64,000 bases of DNA from Abditibacterium sp. (lineage in GTDB: Bacteria; Armatimonadota; Abditibacteriia; Abditibacteriales; Abditibacteriaceae), in NCBI GenBank assembly GCA_965199495.1, contig CBDASK010000003.1:2400001-2464000 (forward strand), in the 5' to 3' direction. Every line of letters begins with the position of its first letter. Position 1 is the first letter of the stretch. The notes under the pieces were generated by a model. That model searched no databases. It worked only from the letters and a program-made list of their open reading frames with translations, and had not been told where the DNA came from. Below, one piece after another: positions 48,525 to 58,694 of this stretch. The position numbers and the translations under genes are program-made.

Positions 48525-49850
48525 ATGAATCTCACCCGACGCGAAATGATGCGCGAACTGCTGTTGGCTGGTCTTTCCCTGACCGCCGCCAGCACCGTCC
48601 TTGCCGGTTGCGGAGGCAATTCCGCTTCCACTGACTCCAATGCAGCCACGGCGAGTTCGTCGTCGGGCACCGCGTCATCAAGCGGCCCGATTCGGCTGGG
48701 TTTTATCCCGCTCACCGACTGCGCCTCGCTGGTCGTGGCCGATCAGATGGGCTACTTCAAAAAACATAATGTGCAAGTCGAAGTCGTCAAAATGGCGAAC
48801 TGGAACGCGGTGCGCGATCAGATTTCGTCCAACATTTTGCAGGGCGCGCACTGTCTGTTCGGAATGCCGTTTTCGATTGCGACCGGCGTTTCGCAGGCCA
48901 AAGGCGATCCGCTCAAAATCGCTATGACCATCAGCAACAACGGGCAGGGCACCTCGCTGGCCAACGAGTTTCAGGGCAAAGTCAAATACGCCGATTTCGC
49001 CGGTTTCGGCAAAGCCGCAAAAGAACTGCAACAGAAGCTGAAACTGGAAAATAAGAACCTGACCTTCGGCATGACTTACCCCGGCGGCACTCACGATATG
49101 TGGATGCACCTGAGTTTGGCGGGCGCGGGCATTGACCCGAAAAGCGTGGCGATTAAACCGGTGCCGCCGCCGCAGATGGTCAACAACATGAAGGTCGGCG
49201 GACTGGACGGCTACAACGTCGGCGAGCCGTGGAATGGGCGCGCCGTCGCCGAAAACGTCGGGTTTAGCTTTATCGCCTCGCAGGATTTGTGGCAGAATCA
49301 TCCCGAAAAAGCTTTGGTCGTCAACGGTAAATTCGCCGAATCGCGCCGCGATGATCTGAAAAAAGTGATGATGGCGATGCTCGAAGCCTCGAAATTCATT
49401 GACGACATGAAGAACCGGCCCGCCGTGGCTAAGACGATTGGCACCAAGGCTTATGTCGGCGCCGAACCCGAAGTCATTCTGCCGCGCTTGATGGGCACTT
49501 ATCCTCTGGGCGGCGGTTTGGGCCAGCATACGACCGATCACCCGATGCAGTTCTATCGCGACGGCGACGTGAACTTGCCGCGCCACGGCCACGCTATCTG
49601 GTTCATGACGGCCTACGAACGCTGGGGCATGGCGAAATTGCCCGCCGACCCGATGAAAGTCGCCAAAGACGTGATTATGCAAGACCTGTATAAAGAGGTC
49701 GCGGGCGAAATGAAAATTCCGGTTCCCGACGACGACATGAAGCCGTTCGAGGTGAAAGTGGACGCGATGACCTTCGATCCGAACAAGCCGCAGGAGATGG
49801 CGAAAATGCTGATGGCGCAGGACGCGACGCGGCAGAAGACGATGGCGTAG
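48525..49850 (+). CDS. nrtA: nitrate ABC transporter substrate-binding protein (NrtA/CmpA), putative Tat lipoprotein
   Basis: TRREM...LAGC; LGFIPLTDCA; TYPGGTHDMW; VPPPQMV; GEPWN; HPEK. Confidence 0.9.
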   Translation: MNLTRREMMRELLLAGLSLTAASTVLAGCGGNSASTDSNAATASSSSGTASSSGPIRLGFIPLTDCASLVVADQMGYFKKHNVQVEVVKMANWNAVRDQISSNILQGAHCLFGMPFSIATGVSQAKGDPLKIAMTISNNGQGTSLANEFQGKVKYADFAGFGKAAKELQQKLKLENKNLTFGMTYPGGTHDMWMHLSLAGAGIDPKSVAIKPVPPPQMVNNMKVGGLDGYNVGEPWNGRAVAENVGFSFIASQDLWQNHPEKALVVNGKFAESRRDDLKKVMMAMLEASKFIDDMKNRPAVAKTIGTKAYVGAEPEVILPRLMGTYPLGGGLGQHTTDHPMQFYRDGDVNLPRHGHAIWFMTAYERWGMAKLPADPMKVAKDVIMQDLYKEVAGEMKIPVPDDDMKPFEVKVDAMTFDPNKPQEMAKMLMAQDATRQKTMA

Positions 49851-49855
49851 CGATT

Positions 49856-50002
49856 AATGCGATATAAAATCGCAGCCAAGGAAGTCGTCGGCCTTCGCCG
49901 ACACGAGGAGGTTGCGACAACAACGAACTGTTCGTCGCTGAAATAATTGCGATATGTCGGCGAAGGCCGACGACTTCCTTGGCTGCGATTTTATATCGCA
50001 TT
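49856..50002. repeat. palindrome, GCGATATAAAATCGC/TCGGCCTTCGCCGA family
   Basis: 48-bp perfect arms 49856-49903 and 49955-50002. Confidence 0.92.
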
Positions 50003-50033
50003 CATTCCCCAACAAACCCAAACACAAAACATC

Positions 50034-50930
50034 ATGGTTCAAGACGCATCCACTCTCGCGCAAAGCGCGCATCAAGCCGTCGCACCGGCGCCGGTCAAAG
50101 TCAAAACCGATCCGTCGGTGCTGGCGGTTAAATCGAAATCGGCGCTGGTTGGCGCGCTTTATTTTCTGGCTTCGATGGCGATTTTATTGGCCTTCTGGGT
50201 CGCGCTGCAAAAGAGTTTCGCCCACGATTTGCCGACGCCCGCCGCGACGTTTACCGCGCTCAAGGCGTTGCTGGCTCATCCCTATTTCATCAAGCCCGAC
50301 GGCACGATGGGCGTGATTAATCTGGTTTATGCTTCGCTGGTGCGCGTGTTTATCGGCTTCGCGCTGGGCAGTTTGGTCGCGATTCCTCTGGGCGTGTTGA
50401 TGGGCAGTTCCGATGTCGCCAAACGCCTGATTGACCCGATTTCGCAGGTGATGCGCCCGGTTTCGCCGCTCGCGTGGTTCCCGCTCGCGCAGGTCGTATT
50501 TTTGACGTTGGGTCAGGGCGCGATGCCCGCCGCGATTATCGGCACCATCGCCATTACCTGTTTGTGGCCGACTCTGGTCAACACCGCCGTCGGCGTCGCC
50601 AGTTTGCCGCAAGATTACGCGACCGTCGCCAAGGTTTTTCAGTTTTCCAAAACGCGCTATCTCACCAAAGTTCTGCTGCCCTATTCGCTACCGCATATCG
50701 TGACCGGTTTGCGTTTGAGCATGGGCATCGCGTGGCTGGTCATCGTGGCGGCGGAAATGTTGTCGGGCGCTTCGGGCATCGGCTTTTCGGCGTTTGACGC
50801 CTACAATCAAGGCCGCCTCGACGACATGATGGCGACGATTATCGTCATCGGCGCCGTCGGTTTGATTCTGGATAAAGGCTTCGATTGGATGCAACGCCGC
50901 CTGTCGTATGAGGATGCACCGGGGAAATAG
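50034..50930 (+). CDS. nrtB: nitrate ABC transporter permease
   Basis: RPVSPLAWFP, WPTLVNTAVG, GLRLSMGIAWLVIVAAEM. Confidence 0.92.
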   Translation: MVQDASTLAQSAHQAVAPAPVKVKTDPSVLAVKSKSALVGALYFLASMAILLAFWVALQKSFAHDLPTPAATFTALKALLAHPYFIKPDGTMGVINLVYASLVRVFIGFALGSLVAIPLGVLMGSSDVAKRLIDPISQVMRPVSPLAWFPLAQVVFLTLGQGAMPAAIIGTIAITCLWPTLVNTAVGVASLPQDYATVAKVFQFSKTRYLTKVLLPYSLPHIVTGLRLSMGIAWLVIVAAEMLSGASGIGFSAFDAYNQGRLDDMMATIIVIGAVGLILDKGFDWMQRRLSYEDAPGK

Positions 50931-50944
50931 AGCGTGTGGCGTTA

Positions 50945-51085
50945 TTCCCTCACCCGACCTCGCGCGGCTCGGTCACCCTCTCCCGAAGGGAGAAGGATTG
51001 TTGGCGCTCTTTTTACACGAAGAAATTTCCTACTTCCTTCTCCCTCCGGGAGAGGGTGGCTGAGGCACGAAGCCGGGTGAGGGAA
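50945..51085. repeat. CCCTCACCC-family palindrome, variant
   Basis: TTCCCTCACCCG...CCCTCTCCCGAAGGGAGAAGG ... CCTTCTCCCTCCGGGAGAGGG...CGGGTGAGGGAA. Confidence 0.82.
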
Positions 51086-51169
51086 AACGGCTCGCTCTTC
51101 AATCCAACAAAAACCACCACTTCCCTTAGCGGGGAAATAGCGCTTTTTAGCGGAGGCGCGGAAAAAACC

Positions 51170-53104
51170 ATGAATTCATTTGTTCAAATTCAAAACGTTC
51201 GCAAGGCGTTCAAGACCAACAAGGGCGAATACGTCGCTTTGCAAAATATCAATCTCGATGTCGAGCAGGGCGAGTTCGTCGCGTTTATCGGCCATTCGGG
51301 TTGCGGCAAATCTACTCTGCTCAACATGATCGCCGGGCTTTATACGCCAACTTCGGGCAGCGTCAAAGTGGACGGGCGCGAAATCAAGGCGCCCGGCAGC
51401 GACCGCGCGATGGTCTTCCAGAACTATTCGCTGTTGCCGTGGATGAGCGTGCAGGAAAACGTTTTTCAGGCGGTTGATTCGGTTTACGAGAAGAACTTAA
51501 CCGGCGTCGCCAAGCGCGAGTTGGCCGATAAATTCATCGAAATGGTCGGGCTGGGCAAGCACAAAAGCAAACTGCCCGGCCAACTTTCGGGCGGCATGAA
51601 ACAACGCGCCGCCATCGCGCGCGCCTTCGCCACTAAACCCGAAGTTTTGTTGTTGGATGAACCGTTTGGCGCCCTCGACGCCCTCACCAAAGGCGCGCTG
51701 CACGACGAACTTTTGGACATCTGGAACGAATCGGCGCAGGGCGGGCGCAAGCAGACGATTTTCATGGTAACGCACGATATTGACGAAGCGATTTATCTGT
51801 GCGACCGCATCGTGGTCTTCACTAACGGCCCCGCCGCGACCATCGGCGAAGTCATCGAAGTGCCGATTCCGCGTCCGCGCGACAAACGTTCGATGGCGCA
51901 GCTTTCGATTTACGGCGAAATCAAATCGCGTTTGATCGAATTGCTCACGGTCGGTTCGCTCGGCTCGCACAAAAAGGCGCGCGAAACCGGCTCGAAAACG
52001 GTGCGCGTTGGGTTCATCCCGCTCACCGATTGCGCGCCGATTGTGGTGGCCAAAGAACTCGAACTCGATTTCAAATATGGAATCAAAATCGAGCCGGTCA
52101 AAAGTTCGAGTTGGGCGGCGATTCGCGACGATTTAATCACCGGCGATCTGGACGCCGCGCACTGTTTGTGGAGCCTGCCGCTGTCGGTGGCTGCGGGCGT
52201 GACCCAGCCCGCCGGAATGCCGTTGCCCATCGCCATGACGATGGCGTGCAATGGTCAGGCGATTACGCTCTCCAATGAAAATTTCCCGATTCCCTTTGGC
52301 AATTTAAAGCAGTTGCGCGACGCCGTCGGTCTGCTGCGCGAGCGTAAGGGCGAGCCGTTGACGTTCGCCGCGACTTATGTTGGCGGCACGCACGGCATCT
52401 GGCTGCGCACGATGCTCGACGCGGCGGGCGTTTCGCCTGAAGATTATCGCGTGGTAACGATTCCGCCTCCGCAGATGGTTTTGAACCTTCAGGCCGGAAA
52501 CATCGACGGCTTTTCGGCGGGCGAGCCGTGGAACGGTCTGGCCGCCGGGCGCGGCGCTGGTTGGACTTTTATGGCGTCGCAGGACATTTGGCCCGATCAT
52601 CCCGAAAAAGCCTTGGTCGTTTCGCCCGAATTTGCCGACAACAATCGCCCCGCGCTCAAAGCGTTGATGAAAGCGATTTTGGAAGCGTGCCTTTGGCTCG
52701 ACGAGCCGAAGAACTTGAAGCGCGCCGCGCACAAATTGGCTTTGCCCGACTATGTCGGAACCGCGCACGACGTGATTCAGGGCCGCATGGAAGGCCGCTA
52801 CGAGTTGGGCGGCACGGCGGGCACGCGCGTTTACACCGACGACAAATTAGCGTTTTCTAAGGGCGGCACGCTCAACGCGCCGCGCGCCAGTTACGCGCGC
52901 TGGTTCTTCGATCAATACGCCCATTTCGGTCTGCCGATGACGCCCGGTTTCGACGCCGAATCTGCGTCGGAGCAATTGGTTTTGTCGGATTTATACGCCG
53001 AAGTCATCGCCGAAATGAACGACGCCGGTTTCGCTTTGCCTATGTTCACGGACGATGACGCGCTGCCCGTCGTGATGGGCGCGCGCGAGTTGGTTGGCGT
53101 TTGA
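51170..53104 (+). CDS. nrtC: nitrate ABC ATPase fused to an NrtA-like domain (NrtC architecture)
   Basis: GHSGCGKST, LSGGMKQR, DEPFGALD, then VGFIPLTDCA...GEPWN. Confidence 0.88.
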   Translation: MNSFVQIQNVRKAFKTNKGEYVALQNINLDVEQGEFVAFIGHSGCGKSTLLNMIAGLYTPTSGSVKVDGREIKAPGSDRAMVFQNYSLLPWMSVQENVFQAVDSVYEKNLTGVAKRELADKFIEMVGLGKHKSKLPGQLSGGMKQRAAIARAFATKPEVLLLDEPFGALDALTKGALHDELLDIWNESAQGGRKQTIFMVTHDIDEAIYLCDRIVVFTNGPAATIGEVIEVPIPRPRDKRSMAQLSIYGEIKSRLIELLTVGSLGSHKKARETGSKTVRVGFIPLTDCAPIVVAKELELDFKYGIKIEPVKSSSWAAIRDDLITGDLDAAHCLWSLPLSVAAGVTQPAGMPLPIAMTMACNGQAITLSNENFPIPFGNLKQLRDAVGLLRERKGEPLTFAATYVGGTHGIWLRTMLDAAGVSPEDYRVVTIPPPQMVLNLQAGNIDGFSAGEPWNGLAAGRGAGWTFMASQDIWPDHPEKALVVSPEFADNNRPALKALMKAILEACLWLDEPKNLKRAAHKLALPDYVGTAHDVIQGRMEGRYELGGTAGTRVYTDDKLAFSKGGTLNAPRASYARWFFDQYAHFGLPMTPGFDAESASEQLVLSDLYAEVIAEMNDAGFALPMFTDDDALPVVMGARELVGV

Positions 53105-53108
53105 GGAT

Positions 53109-53267
53109 AACGCATCGCCTGCGTCCGCTCCTGATTCCGTAGGGTCAAAACATGTTTTGACCGCGCCACAAAATTTTGCCTTGCAACGGCAAAGAGGGCG
53201 AACGTTTCTGCGCGGTCAAAACATGTTTTGACCCTACGGAATCAGGAGCGGACGCAGACGATACGTT
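53109..53267. repeat. GTAG-REP doublet, GTAGGGTCAAAACATGTTTTGACC family
   Basis: 48-bp perfect arms 53119-53166 and 53210-53257, extendable with mismatches. Confidence 0.9.
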
Positions 53268-53342
53268 CTGAAATCGCCGGTCTCGAATGCTCCAAAAATT
53301 CCCACAACAGTCGCACCCCGGAAGCCCCCGATTTCCACTCCA

Positions 53343-54851
53343 ATGCACCGATTTCTTCCTCTCTTCTGCTCTGCGACTTTGATTGCTCTGGCTTCGAGTA
53401 GCCACGCCCAGCCAGTAGCCACGCCGGGCACCAACACGCCCGCGCCCGGCCAAACGACCGGCGGCACGCCCGCCGCGTCGGGCCGCCCGGTCGCGCCGCC
53501 GAAACCGTTCTATTCCATCGGCGGTTTCGGATTGTCCGGTTATCTGCGCGTGCGCCCCGAAAACTACGATTGGTTTCGCGTGCCCGGCAAAGACAACAAT
53601 TATACCTTCACCGGCTACCAACTGCGTTTAGCGGGCGTAAAGTCCACGCCCAAACTCGATATTCAACTCGATTTGCAGGCGACGGCTCTAACGTCGGTGC
53701 CCGATAACGCTGTTGGCATCGGTTCGCTTTATCGTAATGCCAACGGCTCGCGCGATGGCGCGATTTCGATTAAGCAAGGTTTCGTGCGCTTCAAAAACGC
53801 GGTTGGCAAAGGCAGCGCCGCGCGTTTGGGACGCTTCGAGTTCAACGAGGGCGTCGAACTCAACAATGCCGACCCGACGCTAACTTTTCTCAAAACGCAG
53901 CGCATCGCGCAGCGTTTGGTGGGCACCTTCGGATTTTCCAATACCGGGCGTTCGTTCGACGGCATTAATTTGTCGGCGCCCGTCGGCAAAACCGGCAATT
54001 TTACCGGCGTCTTGGCGCGCCCGACCGAGGGCGTTTTCAAACTCGAAAGCAACGACAACATTGACGCCACGCAGTTTTTGTATGGCGCTTATTCCAAACC
54101 GTTCACCGGCGGCGAAGGCCGCATCTTTGGCTTGGTCTACGAAGATGGCCGCGAAGCAATTGGAGGCAAGTCGGTCAAAACCGACAATCGCCCGCTCGCC
54201 GCGCGCCAGGCCGATAACGACCGCATTCGCACTTACACGCTGGGCGCCAACGCGATCAAAGTTTTGAATACCGGCGGCGGCAAAGTGGATTTGCTGGCGT
54301 GGGGCGCGCTTCAGGGCGGCGATTGGGGCAAGCTCAAACAGAGCGCCAATGCGTTCGCCCTCGAAGCGGGTTATCAGCCCAAAAATGTGCAATTGAAGCC
54401 GTGGTTTCGCGTCGGTTATTATCGCGCGAGCGGCGACAATAATCCGCTCGACGGCGACCACAACACCTTTCACACGCCGCTCCCGACGCCGCGATTATAT
54501 GCGCGCTATCCGTTTTACAACCTGATGAACAACACCAGCACCTATGCGCAATTGTTGTTGCGACCCAACCCGAAATTGCTGATTCGCTCGGAGTTCCAAA
54601 ACCTGCGTTTGACCAACGCCAACGATTTATTATATTCGGGCGGCGGCCCGTTCAACGATGTCGGGTTTGGCATCGCGGGCACGCCATCGCGCGGCCAGAA
54701 GCGGCTGGGCAATCTGATTGATACCTCGATTGATTACAAGTTTTCTCCAGAAACCAGTCTGGGTTTTTATGTCGGTCAGGTCATAGATTCCAAAGTCTTC
54801 GCCGATCCGAGCAGTCGCTTCGCGTTTCTGGAATTTACGCAGAAGTTTTAG
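53343..54851 (+). CDS. outer-membrane beta-barrel, alginate-export (AlgE-like) family
   Basis: signal peptide, amphipathic strands, GRSFDG, RASGDNNP.DG...TF, terminal Phe. Confidence 0.75.
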   Translation: MHRFLPLFCSATLIALASSSHAQPVATPGTNTPAPGQTTGGTPAASGRPVAPPKPFYSIGGFGLSGYLRVRPENYDWFRVPGKDNNYTFTGYQLRLAGVKSTPKLDIQLDLQATALTSVPDNAVGIGSLYRNANGSRDGAISIKQGFVRFKNAVGKGSAARLGRFEFNEGVELNNADPTLTFLKTQRIAQRLVGTFGFSNTGRSFDGINLSAPVGKTGNFTGVLARPTEGVFKLESNDNIDATQFLYGAYSKPFTGGEGRIFGLVYEDGREAIGGKSVKTDNRPLAARQADNDRIRTYTLGANAIKVLNTGGGKVDLLAWGALQGGDWGKLKQSANAFALEAGYQPKNVQLKPWFRVGYYRASGDNNPLDGDHNTFHTPLPTPRLYARYPFYNLMNNTSTYAQLLLRPNPKLLIRSEFQNLRLTNANDLLYSGGGPFNDVGFGIAGTPSRGQKRLGNLIDTSIDYKFSPETSLGFYVGQVIDSKVFADPSSRFAFLEFTQKF

Positions 54852-54933
54852 GAAAGGATGAAGGCTGAAGGCTAAAGGATGAAAAATACGCATCCCCAAT
54901 TTTAGCCTTTAGCCTTTATCCTTCAGCCTTTCC
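54851..54933. repeat. inverted heptamer tandem repeats (AAGGCTG/AAGGATG)
   Basis: about four 7-mers facing about four complementary 7-mers. Confidence 0.8.
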
Positions 54934-54935
54934 CT

Positions 54936-56993
54936 ATGCCAACTCCCACACACTGTCCCTACTGCGCGATGCAATGCGGCATGAACCTGTCGCTTGTCGA
55001 AAACGAGTGGCAGGTTTCGGCGCGCGAGTTTCCGACCAATCGGGGCGGCATGTGTCGCAAAGGCTGGACGAGCGCGCAATTGCTCGAACACCCAGAGCGT
55101 TTGGCGACGCCCTTATTGCGCACCGACAAAAGCCGCCCGTTCGAGCCTGTTTCGTGGGACGAAGCTCTCGATTATATCGTGGCGGTGTGGGATCAAATCG
55201 GCATTCACTTCGGGCGCGCGGCCATCGGCGTCTTTGGCGGCGGCGGTTTGACGAACGAAAAAGCCTATTTGCTGGGCAAGTTCGCGCGCGTGGCTCTGCG
55301 CACGCCCAACATTGATTACAACGGCAGATATTGCATGGCGAGCGCGGCGAGCGCGGCGATTCGCGCGTTTGGCATTGACCGAGGTTTGCCGTTTCCGATG
55401 CAGGACATCGCCAAAACAGACACGGTTTTGTTGGTCGGCTCCAACATCGCCGAGACGATGCCGCCGATTATGCAATGGTTTGAACAATTGCGCGAGAACG
55501 GCGGCCAATTGTTCGTGGTTGACCCACGAGCCACGCCGACGACAAACAGCGCCGACGAGTTTTTGCAAATCACGCCCGGCACCGACATTGTTTTGGCGAA
55601 CGGACTATTATATATCGCCATCGAAGAAGGTTTGATAGACGAAGCATTTATCCAATCGCGCACGCGCGATTGGCCTTTGGCCAAGCAAGCGGCGCTCAAC
55701 TATTATCCGCCCCTCGTCGAGCAACTGACGGGCGTTGACGAGGCGCAGTTGCGCGCCGTTGTGCGAAGATTGGCGAGTGGCAATGCGATGATTCTGACGG
55801 CGCGCGGCGCCGAGCAACACGCCAACGGAACCGATACCGTGCAAGCCTGGATTAATCTGGCGCTCGCGCTGGGCAAAGCGGGCCAGCCCTTGAACGGTTA
55901 CGGCACAATTACTGGGCAGGGTAACGGGCAGGGCGGGCGCGAACACGGGCAAAAAGCCGATCAACTGCCGGGTTATCGCAAAATTGACAATCCGGTTCAC
56001 CGCGCGCAAGTCGCCAAAGTTTGGGGCATCGAACCCGACGAATTGCCCGGCGCGGGCCTCAACGCCTACGATTTGCTCAATTCGATTGGCGAAGCAGACG
56101 GTTTGCGCGCGCTCTTCGTGATGGGATCGAATTTGAGCGTTTCGTCGCCCAATGCTGGACGCATCCGCGATAAGTTGGAGCAACTCGAATTTCTGGTGGT
56201 CAGCGAACTCTTTCTGAGCGAAACCGCGATGCTCGCCGATGTCGTTTTGCCCGCCGCGCAGTGGGCCGAAGAAGAGGGCACGATGACGAATTTGGAGGGC
56301 CGCGTTTTGCGTCGCAAGCGCGCCAAAACTCCGCCCAACGGCGTGTGGAGCGATACCAAAATTCTGGCGCATTTAGCGGACAGAATGGGTTGCGGCGATA
56401 AATTTCCCGCGCGCCCCGCCGATGTTTGGGCCGAACTACGGCGCTGCACGGCGGGCGCCCCGGCGGATTATTCGGGCATTTCGTATGAGCGCATCGAAGC
56501 CGAAGACGGCGTGTTCTGGCCCTGCGCGCGGGGCGAAAACGGCACGCCGCGCATGTTCCTCGATTCGTTCGGCCACGAAGATGGACGCGCGCGCTTTTTC
56601 GCCATCGAATGGTGGGGCGCGCCCGAAACGCCCGACGCGAATTATCCGCTCTACTTCACTACGGGCCGCGTGACGGCGCAGTATCAATCGGGCACACAAA
56701 CGCGGCGTATTTCGGAATTGAACGAAGCGTCGGGGCCGCCGTTCGTTGAAATCAACCCGGCTCTGGCAAGCGAACTGGGCATCGCGGAAGGCGATAATGT
56801 GCGCGTTTCGTCGCGCCGTGGCTGCGCGCTGGGCGTGGCCCGTTTGAGCGAGGCGATTCGCGCCGATACGCTGTTCATGCCGTTTCACTGGGGCGGCGAA
56901 AACACGGCGAATTTGCTGACGATTCCCGCGCTCGATCCAGTCTCGAAGATGCCGGAGTTTAAGTTGTGCGCGGCGAAGATTGAGCGGGTTTGA
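54936..56993 (+). CDS. nasA: assimilatory nitrate reductase catalytic subunit (Mo-bisPGD)
   Basis: HCPYCAMQCG...CRKG, DYNGRYCM, GQGNGQGGRE, EGTMTNLEGR, DPVSKMPEFK. Confidence 0.9.
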   Translation: MPTPTHCPYCAMQCGMNLSLVENEWQVSAREFPTNRGGMCRKGWTSAQLLEHPERLATPLLRTDKSRPFEPVSWDEALDYIVAVWDQIGIHFGRAAIGVFGGGGLTNEKAYLLGKFARVALRTPNIDYNGRYCMASAASAAIRAFGIDRGLPFPMQDIAKTDTVLLVGSNIAETMPPIMQWFEQLRENGGQLFVVDPRATPTTNSADEFLQITPGTDIVLANGLLYIAIEEGLIDEAFIQSRTRDWPLAKQAALNYYPPLVEQLTGVDEAQLRAVVRRLASGNAMILTARGAEQHANGTDTVQAWINLALALGKAGQPLNGYGTITGQGNGQGGREHGQKADQLPGYRKIDNPVHRAQVAKVWGIEPDELPGAGLNAYDLLNSIGEADGLRALFVMGSNLSVSSPNAGRIRDKLEQLEFLVVSELFLSETAMLADVVLPAAQWAEEEGTMTNLEGRVLRRKRAKTPPNGVWSDTKILAHLADRMGCGDKFPARPADVWAELRRCTAGAPADYSGISYERIEAEDGVFWPCARGENGTPRMFLDSFGHEDGRARFFAIEWWGAPETPDANYPLYFTTGRVTAQYQSGTQTRRISELNEASGPPFVEINPALASELGIAEGDNVRVSSRRGCALGVARLSEAIRADTLFMPFHWGGENTANLLTIPALDPVSKMPEFKLCAAKIERV

Positions 56994-57005
56994 GGTTTAG
57001 AGGGT

Positions 57006-57187
57006 GTTTACGTTTTCCCTCACCCTCACCCTCACCCTAACCCTCTCCCGGAGGGAGAAGGAACTACGCATCGGATAACTATAAGTCGCTTCAACTGACT
57101 TACAAAGTCAGTTCAACGCACTTCTATCTTCCGATGCGTAGTTCCTTCTCCCTCCGGGAGAGGGTTAGGGTGAGGGAAAACGTAAAC
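57006..57187. repeat. CCCTCACCC-family palindrome
   Basis: 58-bp right arm; left arm carries two extra CCCTCA units; inner hairpin AACTGACTT..AAGTCAGTT. Confidence 0.92.
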
Positions 57188-57261
57188 GCTTGCCTTTCCG
57201 AAACACGCCGTTAATCGCATTTGCATCGGACAATTCGCGCGCCGCCGCGCACTTTACCTTT

Positions 57262-58692
57262 ATGTCCCAACGCAAACTTATCGTGATTGGCAACGGCATG
57301 GCCGGAGCGCGCTTGCTCGCCGAATTATTGGCGCGCGGCGGTAGCGAGAAATTCCACATCGTCGTTTTCGGCGACGAACCCGGCGGCGCCTACAACCGCA
57401 TTTTGCTGTCCGATGTTTTGAACGGCTCCAAGGCGCCCGATTCGATTACGACGCATCCGCTCGATTGGTATCAGCGCGGCAACATTGACCTGCGCGCCGG
57501 ACAACGCATCGCGCACATTGACCGCCAAAACCAAACCGTTACCACGGAAAATGGCGTCATTGAATCGTTTGATGAACTGGTTATCGCCACCGGTTCGCGC
57601 TCTCTGGTGCCGCCGCTCGACGGTTTGACCGACGCAAACGGCGAACGCATCAAAGGCGTGTTCGCGATGCGCACACTGGGCGATTGCCACAACATCGCCG
57701 GTTACGCGACCAAAGCAGCGCGCGCCGTCGTGATTGGCGGCGGATTACTCGGCCTCGAAGCCGCGCGTGGCCTGATGCAGCACGGCGCGCAGGTGCATCT
57801 CGTTCATCGTTCGAGCTGTCTGATGAGCGCGCAATTGGATCAAAGCGCCAGCGATTTGCTGCAAAAGCAAATCGAGCAAATGAGCATTTCGGTTCATTTG
57901 AACAAACAAACGGTGGGCGTGATCGGCGATGAGCAAGTGACCGGTTTGACTTTCGCCGATGGCAGCGAATTGAGTTGCGATATGATCGTTTTCGCGTGCG
58001 GCATCGTGCCCAACGTCGAGTTGGCGCGCGAAGCCGGTTTGCCGGTCGAGCGCGCGATTGTAGTTGACGACGGTTTGCAGGTCGCGCCGCATATTTACGC
58101 GGTCGGCGAATGCGCGCAGCATCGCGGGCAAACCTACGGTTTGGTCGCGCCGGTCTGGGAACAGGCGCGCGTTTTGGCGCAACGTTTGAGCGGGCAAAGT
58201 CCCGACGCGATCTATTGTGGCTCCAAAACTTCGACGCGCCTGAAAGTCATGGGCGTCGAACTGGCTTCGATGGGCGAGGCGCGCGAATGCGAGGGCGACG
58301 AAGTGATTCAATACGTCGAGGCGCGCAAAGGGCGTTACAAAAAATTGATTATCCGCGAGGGACGTCTGGCGGGCGCGGTTCTGCTGGGCGACGCCAGCAA
58401 AGCCGCGATGTTGATGCAGATTTTCGAGAGCCAGATGGCATTGCCCGACGAACGCGCGAGTCTGTTTTTCGACATCGGCAAAGCCGCCCCCGCCGACGTG
58501 GCTGTTCTGGCTGACGACGCGACAGTTTGCAATTGCAACGCGGTCAAAGCGGGCACCATTCGTTGCGCCATTAAAGACGGCGCCGCCGATCTGCCCGCGC
58601 TGATGGCAGCCACGCGCGCGGGCACCGGTTGTGGTTCGTGCAAAGGTTTGGCGCGCGAGTTTCTGGCGTGCGGGGCGAAAGTCGCGGCGTAA
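57262..58692 (+). CDS. NAD(P)H/FAD oxidoreductase with a BFD-like [2Fe-2S] domain (NirB N-terminal half; likely electron-transfer subunit)
   Basis: IGNGMAG, YNRILLS, GGGLLGLEAA, GECA, CNC...GTGCGSC; no siroheme domain. Confidence 0.85.
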   Translation: MSQRKLIVIGNGMAGARLLAELLARGGSEKFHIVVFGDEPGGAYNRILLSDVLNGSKAPDSITTHPLDWYQRGNIDLRAGQRIAHIDRQNQTVTTENGVIESFDELVIATGSRSLVPPLDGLTDANGERIKGVFAMRTLGDCHNIAGYATKAARAVVIGGGLLGLEAARGLMQHGAQVHLVHRSSCLMSAQLDQSASDLLQKQIEQMSISVHLNKQTVGVIGDEQVTGLTFADGSELSCDMIVFACGIVPNVELAREAGLPVERAIVVDDGLQVAPHIYAVGECAQHRGQTYGLVAPVWEQARVLAQRLSGQSPDAIYCGSKTSTRLKVMGVELASMGEARECEGDEVIQYVEARKGRYKKLIIREGRLAGAVLLGDASKAAMLMQIFESQMALPDERASLFFDIGKAAPADVAVLADDATVCNCNAVKAGTIRCAIKDGAADLPALMAATRAGTGCGSCKGLAREFLACGAKVAA

Positions 58693-58694
58693 AC

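Noticed and set aside
50936..51169. N-terminal ORF extensions of nrtC (also nrtB and the 19953 sulfatase)
   Set aside because: They run through repeat elements; downstream ATGs match the family starts.
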